Notes: generated by a model from the sequence alone, not told the origin. DNA of 63,516 bases, filler included, from Octopus bimaculoides (GCF_001194135.2; 4 parts of 2 records of this genome joined end to end with filler, not necessarily neighbours in it), one strand, 5' to 3'. Positions 39,008 through 52,914 are shown, counted from the first letter of the whole stretch. Program-made: numbers and translations.

Positions 39008-39165
39008 TAAGGCAGCGGTTACGTTTTAGCCGTAAGAGTGTCGGGTGAAATGACTTACGATATCCGTTGTGGCTCTCTGCATTCTGAGTTCAAATCTCAA
39101 CCAAAGTGAACTTTATCTTTCATCCCTTGGGGGTGGGGGTGGATAAAATAAATCCCAGTTCTATA
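39008..39165 (+). mobile_element. SINE family B, diverged
   Basis: AAGGCAGCG...GAGTTCAAATCT...TTTCATCC. Confidence 0.7.
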
Positions 39166-39235
39166 CATACATACATACATACATACTTACATACATACAT
39201 AAATACATGCATACATATTTATATATGTATTCATG

Positions 39236-39278
<43 letters not shown>

Positions 39279-40308
39279 GAACAGGAGCATATGTGTGCGT
39301 GTGGCTTATGAAAGGTGAGAAGAAGTATATTTTAAACACATGCACACACACATGTATATATATANNNNNNNNNNNNNNNNNNNNNNNNNNNNNNNNNNNN
39401 NNNNNNNNNNNNNNNNNNNNNNNNNNNNNNNNNNNNNNNNNNNNNNNNNNNNNNNNNNNNNNNNNNNNNNNNNNNNNNNNNNNNNNNNNNNNNNNNNNNN
39501 NNNNNNNNNNNNNNNNNNNNNNNNNNNNNNNNNNNNNNNNNNNNNNNNNNNNNNNNNNNNNNNNNNNNNNNNNNNNNNNNNNNNNNNNNNNNNNNNNNNN
39601 NNNNNNNNNNNNNNNNNNNNNNNNNNNNNNNNNNNNNNNNNNNNNNNNNNNNNNNNNNNNNNNNNNNNNNNNNNNNNNNNNNNNNNNNNNNNNNNNNNNN
39701 NNNNNNNNNNNNNNNNNNNNNNNNNNNNNNNNNNNNNNNNNNNNNNNNNNNNNNNNNNNNNNNNNNNNNNNNNNNNNNNNNNNNNNNNNNNNNNNNNNNN
39801 NNNNNNNNNNNNNNNNNNNNNNNNNNNNNNNNNNNNNNNNNNNNNNNNNNNNNNNNNNNNNNNNNNNNNNNNNNNNNNNNNNNNNNNNNNNNNNNNNNNN
39901 NNNNNNNNNNNNNNNNNNNNNNNNNNNNNNNNNNNNNNNNNNNNNNNNNNNNNNNNNNNNNNNNNNNNNNTATATATATGGATATCTATATATATATATA
40001 CATATATATTTATAAGTACTACACTCACAACCATCTATATTTATATATTGAAATATTTAAAATATGCTATGTTTACGACTCGTTATATCTAAATATTGAA
40101 ATATCATATATACTGCACACACGCGGATACACACACTCATACATGTATAGGAATTTTTCATAACTTACAAGTTCAAAGTTATTCTATCAAGAATTATTTC
40201 AGAAGTTGTTTTCTCAGTAATATATAATTACAATTATACTTTACTTTCGTTATTGTGTTTATGCAGAATTTTAAGTACTAATATGACTATATCTGTATAT
40301 GTCTATAA

Positions 40309-40356
<48 letters not shown>

Positions 40357-40804
40357 TCTCTCTCTCTCTCCCCTCTATCTATTTACACTGTATGTGTGTA
40401 TCAACTTATGCATGGATTTGCAAACGTTTGTGCTTACAAACGGGGAAAACACTGAATATTTAAAGTGTCTATATTATATTTGAAGCTAAATCTAAACTGA
40501 TTTCAAGTTTCTGACTATTTAAATAATTGAAGCAGAAAACTCGTCATCATAGTACTTAAAAATAATATTTGCAAACACATCGAAATATCTTTGTCAACAC
40601 TATATAGAAATTTGATTGGTTTAGAGAAAGCTCTAAAAATTATCTTATACATTTTTTTATTTAAATATTATGCGTAGACTTCGTGATATTTAAATTTTTC
40701 TCATGTCAACAAACACACGATACTTTCATGTCTACAATAGTACATATATAAGCATATCAAGGATGGTAGATATTGTTCATGAAGATTAATACTAATGAAT
40801 AATA

Positions 40805-40990
40805 AGGCACCGAGCTTGCAGAATCGTTAGCACGCAAAATTTCGTATGTGCCTTCTGAATTCAAATTCCGCCGAGTTCCATTTTGACTTTCATCCTTTTG
40901 GGGTTGATGAAATAAGTATCAGTTGTGGACTAGGGTCGTTCTAATCGACCTACCCCGTCCCTCGTAACTAGTGAACTTGTGACAAAATTT
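40805..40990 (+). mobile_element. SINE family B
   Basis: AAGGCACCGAGCTTGCAGAATCGTTAGCACG...TTCAAATTCCGCCGAG. Confidence 0.8.
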
Positions 40991-42324
40991 GAAGCAAATA
41001 TTGATAAGTAATGATGTTTTCTTTTTATATTTATGTGGATACCTTTCCTTTTATGTTAAATACATTATGTTTGAGATAAATTATTTTATCCCGCTTGGAG
41101 GTAGAAATTATTCAATAAACAGCAATGGAAGTGTCTGCGAGAATTTTATAATTCTGATTCTTTGTTCATTGTTGCAAAAGGCTGAATAGAACGTTATTTG
41201 AGAGACAAATATTATACATCCTGTAACTGTTAATGCAAGGGACGCGTGTTCTTACTGGAACAAATATATTTTGATAGTAAATGCGTGAAGCTTCTTTCAG
41301 AATGCCTGTATATTTACATATGTTGCGAGAATCCTTTACTTAAGGACTTTTCAGGAGGCTCGATATAAGTTTTTGCGTGATTGCATAAAGATCTTAGTTT
41401 GACAGACGTATACTTCAATAAGACATATGTTATTGAGAGAGCATATATTAGAACTTATGCAATTAATCGGCAGAGAAGAGTTTTGCAAGTTCACACTGAA
41501 AAAATAAAAAAAAGCTTCTACGTAAACTGACTACGAAAGCAGCAAAGGTTTTGATGGAACGGTTGCTTACCTTAATGTTATTTCTATTATATATCTGACA
41601 ATATCTATGCATATTGATGTTTAGAATATCCTAGCAACATTAGAATGACATTTCAAATATAGAGGAATGTACTATTTAATATTTCATTTTTGCATTTATG
41701 AACACGAGTGCTCTTTTGTATATAATGTCTCTCCCTTTAAAATTAATGTATCAAAGCAATTGGCAGCAATTCTACCTAGTCAGAGAATAAACTGGATGTG
41801 TAATTAATACTGTTTTTCACTATGTTTTAAAGATTATTGGACAGTGGTGGGAATATATATTAATATAGCATAATATCACGTTCGTTGGGTCCAATTATAA
41901 GAGAAGTATTTACTAATGTGTAACTTTGAATTTATATATAGGCAATTAACTCCGATTTGACATGTAATTAATGCGATCTTTTGACCTAAAACCTTACATA
42001 CGCTGATGAATATTCTTCTAGCAGTTTTCATTTAATAGCCACTCATATTTTGGAAAATCAAGATCCACAATCATAATAAAGTAATTGCATCAACCTCGAT
42101 ATTTGCTTTCTCAGCGGTAGGCGTCTTTCTAAAGCATAACAGCAAGTGTCTTTCTGAAGCATAGCAAGCGAAAGTGGTTTCGTTTATGGAAAAGAAAGTA
42201 ACAGAAAGCTCTACAAGGTTTGCTGGAAATACATTTAAATATGGATTCTTGTTACATAGGTAAATAATCAGTCATCCAGAACGACACACATTACTATTCA
42301 ATTATTCAAGAATTTTTAGCTTTG

Positions 42325-42325
42325 T

Positions 42326-42368
<43 letters not shown>

Positions 42369-42424
42369 TGATGATGATGATGATGATGATGATAATGATG
42401 ATGATGACGATGATGATGATGATG

Positions 42425-42478
<54 letters not shown>

Positions 42479-42500
42479 GTAATAACAATAATAATAATAA
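42325..42500. repeat. (TAA)n/(GAT)n compound microsatellite
   Basis: Direct inspection. Confidence 0.95.
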
Positions 42501-43342
42501 TGAGCCTTCCGTTATGGGGAAACTAATGTGAGGTAACTTGACCGGTGAACTGTACGGATACTTGGTAAAAGTGGGCTGCTACCCATTGAACAGAAACGGA
42601 GCCGAAAAAAGAGTCGGGGAATGAAGGAACAACTCTTAATTGATAATCTAATTATCAGGAACTGCAAGAGAAGATATGCAAACTTGTGCCGCATCTGCAA
42701 TAAAGTGGCTGAAACCATTGCCCATATCACGAACGAATGCCCTAGACTTGCTCAAAACCACTACAAGTTCTGGCGACACGACCAGGTAGTGAAGGTGCTT
42801 CATTGAAAACTGTGCGAAAAGTGGGGGCTAGAGAGAGGCAAGACGTGGTATGAACACAAACCGCAGAGAGTGGCGGAGTTAGAGATTAGCAAAATCCTCT
42901 GGGATTTCCCAGTCCAAACAGATCAGGTGCTAGAGCATAACAGACCGGACCTAGTAGTGGTGGTCAAGGTGCACCACATATGCTATATAGTTGATGTTGC
43001 ATGCCCCTTTGACCCACGAATAGTCAAGAAGGATGAGGAAAAGGTAGATAGATACAACCCACTTAAGTTCGAAATATGGAGAATGAAGAAGGGGAAGATA
43101 GTACCAATTATTGTTGGGTCCATGGGAACAGTATCAGAAAGCATCAAGAGGAATAAAGGAAATTGGAATAGAATGCCCACTAGAACTGTTACAAAAAGGT
43201 TTGCCTCCTTAGCAATGCTAGAATAATCAGCAAAGCATTAGATAGCTGAAAAGAGCGAATAGCATGGTACTTAAGGCTGCAGGTAGTAAGCCTGCTAGGT
43301 GTGCAAGACTCCATGGGCTCCAACAAAACCTGTGATAAAGCG
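42500..43342 (+). mobile_element. 5'-truncated R4/Dong-type element embedded in (TAA)n
   Basis: [60 protein letters not shown]. (TAA)n on both sides. Confidence 0.92.
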
Positions 43343-43424
<82 letters not shown>

Positions 43425-43426
<2 letters not shown>

Positions 43427-44165
43427 GACCATCTCGTCTCGGGATGTCCTGTGCTTGACATCAAACGAATACAGAAATCGCCAAGATTGTGTAGGACAGT
43501 ATTTACATTGGAAAATATGTATACACTACAAAATCAGCACTCGTGCTTACTAGTATAAACATCATCCTAAGCCAGTCGTTGAAGGTAAAAATGTCACTAT
43601 GGATTTTCCAGTCAATACTGACAGCATGATCCAGGCTAATCGACCAGACATAATTATTAAAGACAGGGACTAAAATACTTGTAGACTAATAGATGTAAGT
43701 GTTGCTACTGATAAAAATATATCTGTAAAGGAATTTGACAAATTAAGTTAATATAAGGACCTGGAAATTGAAATACAAAGCGAGAACTGTTCCTATTATT
43801 GTAGGTACGCTAGGTGTGGTAAAAATAAAGGATGTCAGAAATATCTAGATAAGATCTCAGGTGAACCAAAAACATCTAGATAAGATCCCAGGGGAACCAA
43901 AAACATCTAGATAAGATCCCAGGGGAACCATGTCTCAGAGAAATCCAAAAGATTATGCTGACAAGTACTGCCCACATCCTTAGAAAAACCCTATCCGTTT
44001 AAATGTTTGTGTTGTATTACAGGAAGATATTTAGCTGTTGTCTATGGCAAGCTTTCAGTCATACTGTAACATCTCTTATCTTCCATTCGCCCAGGACGCT
44101 GGGTGTGTCTCGGCAAGGGATTGTGACAAACATGCTGGTTAAAAGTAAATGATAATAATAATACA
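43425..44165 (+). mobile_element. Second R4/Dong-type family, 5'-truncated, between (TAA) tracts
   Basis: DHLVSGC, HWKIC, DFPVNTD, ANRPDIIIKD, LIDVSV, YKDLEIEI, TAHILRKTLSV*. 31-bp triplication at ~43840-43930. 3' end at GATAATAATAATA. Confidence 0.9.
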
Positions 44166-45066
44166 CACATATTTACATACACGTGTATATTGATGCATTC
44201 CTACTGATATTAATAATAATGTGTAGCCAGACTTAGCCAGATTTTCAGAATAACTTTTCTTATCATAATTGAATCTGATTTAAAACAAACAACTAAACAA
44301 ACAAACAAACAAGAAACCCCCCACCCCACCCCAGCAAAATCGTAAAGGAGTGGCAAAGTACATTTCCTTGATGTCTATCTATAAGTGACTAGTATCGATT
44401 CTGGATGTTTATCAGTGCAATATTTCATTTGAAAATATGTATAATAGCAAGAAGACAGTATAGTTTGATACTGACGAGAATAACATAATCGGGACCGATG
44501 GTAAATACTATAGCTGACACCTCTAACTACACATTCAACTGATACTAGGTCAATGGATCGCTTGTGATATCTTATAATAGTACACAGAACATACACAGAA
44601 CACACCCACATCTAACAATGCTAGAAAGTGGAAACCTAGCTTTAAGGTTCTTCATTGTAGGATCGAACTCTGAGCAGTCTCTAACACACTCCACAATTAA
44701 TATGCGTTATCCACATTAAATTATTATTCTCTATATTCGAGACGTAGAAGCTCCAAAGCCCACTGATATTTTTACTGCAACCCTCAACTAAAAAGAGAAA
44801 GAAAACCCGAAAAGACGCCATCTCTTTTTGCCTCCACGGAATATCTACATTGTCACTTGAACTACTAGAAAGAACAGCTGAAATATTTTCCTTGCATCAC
44901 ACACATTTTAAAGTATGGAAAGACACATTGACTGGCGAAGGCAAAGAAGCACTGAATATGTAAGTAAAGGACAAGATGGTCTTCGATGCATCTTCTCCGG
45001 TCATAGGTTTGTGTAATTTCGCTGACCTGAGGTTAACCAACAGCAATAACAGCCGCAATGATAGCA

Positions 45067-45114
<48 letters not shown>

Positions 45115-45344
45115 TGTGCCCTCTATTTTTTCTACATTTACTGCAACAGTCACCGATTCTCTGCACTGGCAAACAGTGAATCACAGCTGTTAAAGTCCAG
45201 ATAATGTATTAACAGTGTTTGTAACCTATCAAACCCCATTGTATATGCCCAATACTTTTTATCCAGAACTACAATAACTGGTTATATTTCTTCTCCAAAC
45301 GTGAATTTGAACACTGTCACGCTGAACTCCAATATTAGAATAGT

Positions 45345-45566
45345 AGAATATTCTTTTCTACTCTAAGCACAAGGCCCGAATTTTTGGGGGAGAGTACCAG
45401 TCGATTAGATCCACCCCAGTACGCAACTGGTACTTGATTTATCGACCCCGAAAGAATGAAAGGCAAAGTCGACCTCAGTAGAATTTGAACTCGGAACGTA
45501 AAGGCAGACGAAATACCGCCAAGCATTTCGCCCGGTGTGCTAACATTTCTGCCAGCTCGCCGCCTT
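45345..45566 (-). mobile_element. Near full-length SINE family B
   Basis: Minus strand AAGGCGGCGAGCTGGCAGAAATGTTAGCA...GAGTTCAAATTC...GGGCCTTGTGCTTAGAGTAGAAAAGAATATT. Confidence 0.9.
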
Positions 45567-45831
45567 ATAAAGTTATAAATATTGACACACTGCCTTTCTA
45601 TATCGCATATATATGCATGTATATTTGTCTGGGGGTGAGAGACCGCAGATCTTTAGGAGAAGAACATATCGAAAGAACATCCGACTAATTGAGAAACCGG
45701 AGACGTTGCTCTTGCTTGTTTCTGAAGTGAGTAGCTTTGTAGGTGGAAGTCTTAGTGGTGTTGTGCAAACTGTTAATCATTTAAATTTAGGAGCGGGTAT
45801 TGTTTGACAGCCATTGTATCTGACATCTAGG

Positions 45832-45862
<31 letters not shown>

Positions 45863-45874
45863 TGTATGCATGTA

Positions 45875-46437
45875 TGTGCAGATTTGTATGTTGTATGTAT
45901 GTATTCTCATGCATATAGTTGCATATCTAGACATGCTCGTATATATTTGAATGATAAACTTCTGGTAAGTTTTACAGATTTTTATATTTCCAGTGAGGGA
46001 TTGGAACTGTAGTCTTCAAATTATCTTTCTCCCTTCTGATTTTGGGAAGCCTAATTTCTCAAGATTGGTATTTAGGCAGTGTGTTACATATTCTACTGCC
46101 CCAAGAATTCCAGGTATAAACCTGAACTTGTATTCTGGATAGAGTAACTACAGATTCCTCAATAGTTCACCGTAGGTATTCTCTTTTTCACTGATGTTCA
46201 GTTTTATGTTAACATCTACTAGGCAGCTGATTGCCACACCTGTACACAGCATCTCTTCTCTATCTCAAATCATTATATCAGATCTGTTGTGTTTACATTT
46301 TATTGAGGTCTTCATTGGAACAATCCACCAGGGCTCCTTTTTTTATCATCAGTGGGTATGGCTTCCATCATACTGTGCATTCTTATTTCTTTATCCTCGG
46401 GGGTTACCCTTTCCACGGATCTCGTTATACAGTGTTC
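45875..46437 (-). mobile_element. 5'-truncated copy of the (TACA)n-associated R4-type family, inside (TATG)n
   Basis: RTLYNEIR...WWIVPMKTSIKCKHNRSDIMI*DREE...ISC...EKENTYGELLRNL*LLYPEYKFRFIP. 3' UTR matches 1790-1900. (TATG)n at 45833-45875 and 46438-46590. Confidence 0.92.
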
Positions 46438-47118
46438 TATGTATGTATGTATGTATGTATGTATGTATGTATGTATGTATGTATGTATGTATGTATGCAT
46501 GCATGCATGTATGTATGTATGTATGTATGTATGTATGTATGTATGTTTGTATGTATGTATGTATGTATGTATGTATGTATGTATGCGTGCATGCGTGCGT
46601 GCATGTGTGTGTGTGTGTGTGCTCGCGCGCGCGCTCGCGTGTGTCTGTGTGTACGATCCTCTCTCGGATTAAAGGATAGAATTTTGAAAAATAGATTCTC
46701 TGAAAACTGTTATATGAATAGAATAAAAATTCATAACATTCACGTGAATACAAACATACCTTATATGCATAAACACACATACTCTTCCACATTCAAATAA
46801 GCAAACACAAACACAAACACATACATTCATTCAAACGCATGCATGCACATACTGGCTCTTTCTCTTCTCATATATTCTTACATACAACACACAAATAACA
46901 CATACGTAAGACATAGATCGGTCATGCAGATACATCGAGTGTCCAACAATCAGTTCTTTTATACACACACACACACACACACAAACATATGTATGTATAT
47001 GTATATATATATATATATATATATGTCTGTCTGTTTGTGCGTATATATATATATATATAATGCATATATTAATAAATATAATTATATATGTATATAATTA
47101 TATATATATACATGTATG

Positions 47119-47179
<61 letters not shown>

Positions 47180-47471
47180 TCAGACAAATATTTAGTGACC
47201 AAGTAGAGATCGATATAGATATATACAAATATAAATACACGTATATAAAAATATGCATGCATACATCATACTTATACGCATATATGAATGTATGCACGTG
47301 CCTATGTATATAAGTATTCATGAGTGAGTGTCCTAGCGCGCGTGAGTTGTATGTTTGAGAAATTGATAGATGGATAGATAGGTAGAGAGATTATTGACAC
47401 CTAGACATACACATTGTTACACACGTAAATAGGCAGATAAAAAGATACATAGTTTATATAAGCTGACTGAG

Positions 47472-47512
<41 letters not shown>

Positions 47513-47939
47513 CATTTCTTTTATTAGCCACACAGGGCTCAACAAAGATGGCACGAATACAATGTAGAGCTTTTCTTTTTGGGAGGGGGAAGGAAAAAAA
47601 GAAAAGAAAAAGAAAAAAAGTAGGGGTGGGTGTCGATCAAAAGGGATCNNNNNNNNNNNNNNNNNNNNNNNNNNNNNNNNNNNNNNNNNNNNNNNNNNNN
47701 NNNNNNNNNNNNNNNNNNNNNNNNNNNNNNNNNNNNNNNNNNNNNNNNNNNNNNNNNNNNNNNNNNNNNNNNNNNNNNNNNNNNNNNNNNNNNNNNNNNN
47801 NNNNNNNNNNNNNNNNNNNNNNNNNNNNNNNNNNNNNNNNNNNNNNNNNNNNNNNNNNNNNNNNNNNNNNNNNNNNNNNNNNNNNNNNNNNAAACCAGAT
47901 ATTAAAGTTTTGGCTGTTTCCCAACTTTTAAAAGATATT

Positions 47940-48365
47940 TGGCATTATTTGGCATTGTCTTGTTATTTTGACATCGTGTTGTTTTAGCTTTTCTTGTTGT
48001 TCTTGTCGTCGTTGTTGTTGTTGTTGGTGTTGTTTTTGTCGATAATCTTGTTTACGTTGTTGTTGTTGTTGATATTAGTGTAACTGGTTTCGGTGTTGGT
48101 GCTTTTGTTGTTGCCGTTATTAATGTTACTCTTGTATTTGTTGATGTTGTTCTTGTTGTTTTTGCCAGTGTTACTCTTGTTTTCGGTGTTGTTGTAGATC
48201 TTCGTGTTGTCGTTGCCAGTGTTACTCTTGTTTTGGTGTTGATTTTATTGTTGTTGTTATTGTTATTGATGTTACTTTTATTGTGGTTGATGATGATGTT
48301 AGTAGAGCTACCGTTGTTTATGATGTTATAATTGTCCTGGTGTTGTTGTTGTTGTTGGTGGTGTA
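47940..48365. repeat. Degenerate (GTT)n low-complexity tract
   Basis: Direct inspection. Confidence 0.85.
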
Positions 48366-48729
48366 ACTATTTAGCCCTAGAACTGCGTCAGTCTAATAGG
48401 GAGTCATCAAAGGCATTCTGGCTGTAATCATTCCGTCGTTTTTTTCAGACACTGTTTATCTTGGAGTGCATCATCTAATGTGTCATTCTTTTTAAAGACA
48501 CTAGGGTGCGATTTGAAGGAATATTAGCTGCCATTTTTAGCTGATAGTCTTGTTGTTGCTATTGTTGTTTATGTCCAAATCAACTCGTTGAGGCTACTAA
48601 ATCTGCTGTCATGGGTAGTGTAATGACCAAGTGGTTGCAAAGTTCGATTCGAAATTATGGGCTACCGAGTTCGATCTCACTCTGTTGCCTCTTGGATAAG
48701 TGTCTTTTAAAATATTCTCAGCCTGTTTT

Positions 48730-49050
48730 TAACTTAGGTCTTCTTGTGCTGTTCAGTGCATTGGGGCTGCAAGTTTCCTCCACCAGGTTTGGTCTGCTGC
48801 TACACTTGCATATCCATTACACGTGGGTTGACTGTTTTTAGGCCATCTTGATATGTCTACCGCCAACTGATTTTCGGCCCGTCCCTTTTAAGCTTGCTAA
48901 CAAGTAATACCCAAGTCATACATGTTTTCGAATGCTGTTGATCGGCTAGATGACGAATGTTGCCAGCAAGGCTGACTCGATGCTCCGATACAACCTCTTG
49001 CACTTTTCAGAACTTCCCTATTTGCGACATGGTACCATCATTTGGCCCTT
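48730..49050 (-). mobile_element. RTE-type LINE 3' fragment
   Basis: Minus strand EHRVSLAGNIRH...MTWVL...RDGPKISWR*TYQDGL resembles the RTE R-FAGH-R...W...GRP-TW segment. Confidence 0.65.
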
Positions 49051-49839
49051 AGGATCTCTCTGAGCCGCCTTTGATAGAATACATTGAGTTTTCTGTCCGT
49101 TCTTACAGAAAAGAAAATATTTGACTCTCAGATATGCGGTACCTGCAATGAAAAATTTGGCCTTTATAAAATGTGCCGCACTAATTTCGACTGAAAATTT
49201 CCTTAAAGCAGTGGTTCCCAACCAATTTTTGCCTATGGACCTCTTTGATTCCTATTTTACTCGAGTGAACTCGTATAGCCATTCGATGTTTAAAAAATCC
49301 TAATATATTTTTATGATTAAATATTATTAAGAATTGTATAGAAAAATTATTAAATATTTTGTGTAATGTAGAAGTATAAACAATTTATTGCGCATAAATT
49401 TTTACATCAAAATATTATATGGAACCCCACCCCAAGGGCCATATACTTATACCTCGAAGGTATAAATATATCTGTTGAATTCAATGAGTAGGGATCTAAC
49501 AGCATCGGACAATTGAAATGGCCATAGTCGAAACTGACGGAGGTTCCATTATTTATATAAGTTATTGTTATTCTTGTTATTAGGTGTGCTGGTGTTGTTT
49601 ATGTTGTTGCTGGTGGTGAGGGCAGCAGTGGTAATGCTTGGCTCTAGGTCCTCTCTGATGGAGTAGGTCGATGGTCAGATGCATTCCAGTTATGATATTA
49701 AGGATTCTTTATTCTTTTCAGGCATAATGTATATAAGATTATGTTAACTAGGGCGTCCTTTTCTATATCATGGCGGCAGGATTTGATATACGGTGAAGTC
49801 TTAATGTTATTTCTCGCAGGTAGAACTATCACTTCGAGT

Positions 49840-50215
49840 CGGTTAACGTTGTTGTTAGAGGTGGTGTTGGAGTTGGTAGTGGTAGTGGTGCCAGCAGTGG
49901 TGTTGCTGGTGTTGGTGGTGGTGTTAATAGTGATGCTACTAGTGAAGAGATTAATAGTGTTAAAAGTCGTGATGATGTTGGTAGTAGCGGTGGTGATGGT
50001 AGTGGTGGCGTTGTTGTTGGACTTAGTGGTACTGGTGGTGGTGTTGGTGGTGGTTCTGGTACTGATGCTTCTAATGGTGACGCTAATGGTGCTGGCAGTA
50101 GTATTGGATTCGATGTGGATCAGAGCAGTGATGTTAGAGATGGTGTTGGGGCTGGTAGTGGTGTTGGTGATGTTGATGGTTTTGGCGTTGGTGTTGGTGG
50201 CTGGGGTTGAATTGA
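49840..50215. repeat. Degenerate (GGT/GTT)n low-complexity tract
   Basis: Direct inspection. Confidence 0.85.
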
Positions 50216-50458
50216 TCTAATTCAACAAAATATTGATTTCTTTTTTCGGATAAATAACAACAATTTTCTCAAGACCATTGATGATGTAAGAGAAGTGGAA
50301 CAACTTCAGTCGAGCTTGAAACACGTTCGCAGTCTCAACTTTCATGAAACTTACTTTATCCATACATATATCTACAAAATTCTAAAATATATTGATTTTA
50401 ACTGAGTGGCACAAAACTACTAATTTGATGGAGATGAATAAATCGACAATAAAATATG

Positions 50459-50870
50459 ACAAGAGCACTCAGAGAGCGCAAACTTCCGCCAAGGTAATAC
50501 CAACATACTCTCAACAATTAGCTAGATATGATTTTTAAAATAAGAATATCTGAAATAAACTCGACTGCTCTCACAAACGAGAATATTAAAAATGAACCCG
50601 ATCGCTCTCAAAAATAAAGTGAAAAAAACAGGAAAAATAATCCAGAATCCTTGAACGGTACCGGATCGATCCCAAAATCTAATTTAATCAATTCCCCTCT
50701 ATGTTGGCCCGCATGGGTAATAAAAAAACAGATCCCAAAATCTAATCATTTCGTGCTAGTCACGAGGCCTAACATCCCTGAAAGTTTCATCCGAATCCAT
50801 CCTGCGATTCTTGAGATATCTTGTCCATGGACAAACAAACACGACTGAAAACAATACCTCCGCCTTCGCA
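50459..50870 (+). mobile_element. Probable Helentron-associated non-autonomous element (HINE/DINE-like)
   Basis: Begins ACAAGAGCACTC with ACTTCCGCC near the 5' end. Ends GAAAACAATACCTCCGCCTTCG (half of a terminal hairpin). Internal GATCCCAAAATCTAAT duplication. Confidence 0.55.
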
Positions 50871-51027
50871 GTTGAAATATGTCACAAACATTTTAATTAA
50901 CCTAAAGTTTGATTGTGCTTAAACATAACTAGTACTTATTTTATGAACTCCAGGGAGATATAAGAGAAAAGTTAGCCTAGCTGGATTTTGAATTCATCGC
51001 TATCACTAAACATAATATTTCTTTCTA

Positions 51028-51235
51028 ATTTTGGCAGAAGAACAATAATTTTTAGAGAAGGGAAAATCCATCATATCGAACCCAGTCGTCAACTGGTATT
51101 CGTTTAGGCGATTCAAAGGATAAAAGGCAAGGAAGACCTCAGCAGTATTTGAACTCGGAACGTAAAGTGCCGGAAAGAATGCCTCTAAGCATCTTGTCCG
51201 ACGCGCTGACGATTCTGCCAGTCATCCCAACGTTT
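51028..51235 (-). mobile_element. SINE family B, diverged
   Basis: Aligns with 45345-45566. Confidence 0.8.
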
Positions 51236-51476
51236 GCAATAAAATAATATTGATTTCTATTAACTGGGGGCAGCTTTTGAGATTTAAGGGTAGTGCGGAA
51301 TAGGGTCTACTGACGTTGTAATCTTTTCTCAAAGCAACTGTTAGATATTGAGTACATATTACTACTGCTGTTCAAACAGGGTTAGATCTCATCGAGCAAA
51401 CCTATGACGAAAGACATTACTACCATGACCACCTCATCTTTTTGTATATACTCTTGTTTATTTAAGACAATAGTTT

Positions 51477-51516
<40 letters not shown>

Positions 51517-51914
51517 NNNNNNNNNNNNNNNNNNNNNNNNNNNNNNNNNNNNNNNNNNNNNNNNNNNNNNNNNNNNNNNNNNNNNNNNNNNNNNNNNNNN
51601 NNNNNNNNNNNNNNNNNNNNNNNNNNNNNNNNNNNNNNNNNNNNNNNNNNNNNNNNNNNNNNNNNNNNNNNNNNNNNNNNNNNNNNNNNNNNNNNNNNNN
51701 NNNNNNNNNNNNNNNNNNNNNNNNNNNNNTATATATATATATATATATCATTATATATATATATATATCATTTCATCTTGTCGTATATACTCTTGTTTAT
51801 TTAAGACAATAGCTTGTGATATATATATATATATATATATATCAGTTTCAACAACCGCTTGACTGCCTATCTTTTAAGACAGTGATACCCGGAATCGATG
51901 GAGAACAGGTTCGT

Positions 51915-51957
51915 ATTTATAGCAGGTGAGTCAACCATGTAGAGGCTCCCTCATTGG
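51915..51957 (-). promoter_or_regulatory. Promoter-like motif cluster (CCAAT, TGACTCA, TATAAAT)
   Basis: Minus strand AGCCAATGAG...TTGACTCACCTGCTATAAATAC. Motif presence only. Confidence 0.3.
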
Positions 51958-52383
51958 CTGGTTGAGTAAACATATCAATCAGATAGTGTCAGCGTTGACA
52001 GAGATGATACTACATTAGTAGATATTCATAAAACGAACGTTTCATAGAACGAAAGTGTCTGACTGGAGGAAAACGTACTATCGTATTAGACTCATGTGTA
52101 AGATACCGTACAGATGAGCGGTATTTCTCATATAATTGACAATTCAGTACGGTGGGAGACCTTGTGATATGCAATGTCATTAGATGACATCGACACGTGA
52201 GCTACAGCTGCTGCTTCGATCTACAAATCTCCATTCACTGCATCAATAAATGATCTCATCGAAGTACACAGCATCTTTCGCTGCTACAATCAATATTTTA
52301 TCTTCACTCTAGCAGCATTTACTATTTCTAATCAGTAAGTTTAAGTGCTCTTTCCCATAGTAACGCTTCAGCAACTCTGTTAA

Positions 52384-52426
<43 letters not shown>

Positions 52427-52498
52427 TTTACAATTTATAATTTGAAAAACAACTCAAGACTTTCTTGTTTTAAATCAAGTTATGTAATATTGGAAAAC

Positions 52499-52578
<80 letters not shown>

Positions 52579-52834
52579 NNNNNNNNNNNNNNNNNNNNNN
52601 NNNNNNNNNNNNNNNNNNNNNNNNNNNNNNNNNNNNNNNNNNNNNNNNNNNNNNNNNNNNNNNNNNNNNNNNNNNNNNNNNNNNNNNNNNNNNNNNNNNN
52701 NNNNNNNNNNNNNNNNNNNNNNNNNNNNNNNNNNNNNNNNNNNNNNNNNNNNNNNNNNNNNNNNNNNNNNNNNNNNNNNNNNNNNNNNNNNNNNNNNNNN
52801 NNNNNNNNNNNNGTCGTGTCTGTGAATATATTCC

Positions 52835-52911
<77 letters not shown>

Positions 52912-52914
<3 letters not shown>

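Noticed and set aside
44790-44975. Short open frame ending at a GTAAGT donor-like site
   Set aside because: Unrecognised peptide with no partner exons. Chance occurrence is plausible.
49741-50220. 159-aa Val/Leu-rich, membrane-protein-looking ORF
   Set aside because: It derives from a degenerate (GGT/GTT)n tract.
51420-51845. Duplicated GTATATACTCTTGTTTATTTAAGACAATAG-(TA)n on both sides of a gap
   Set aside because: Likely a haplotype or overlap artefact around an N gap, or a trivial tandem unit.
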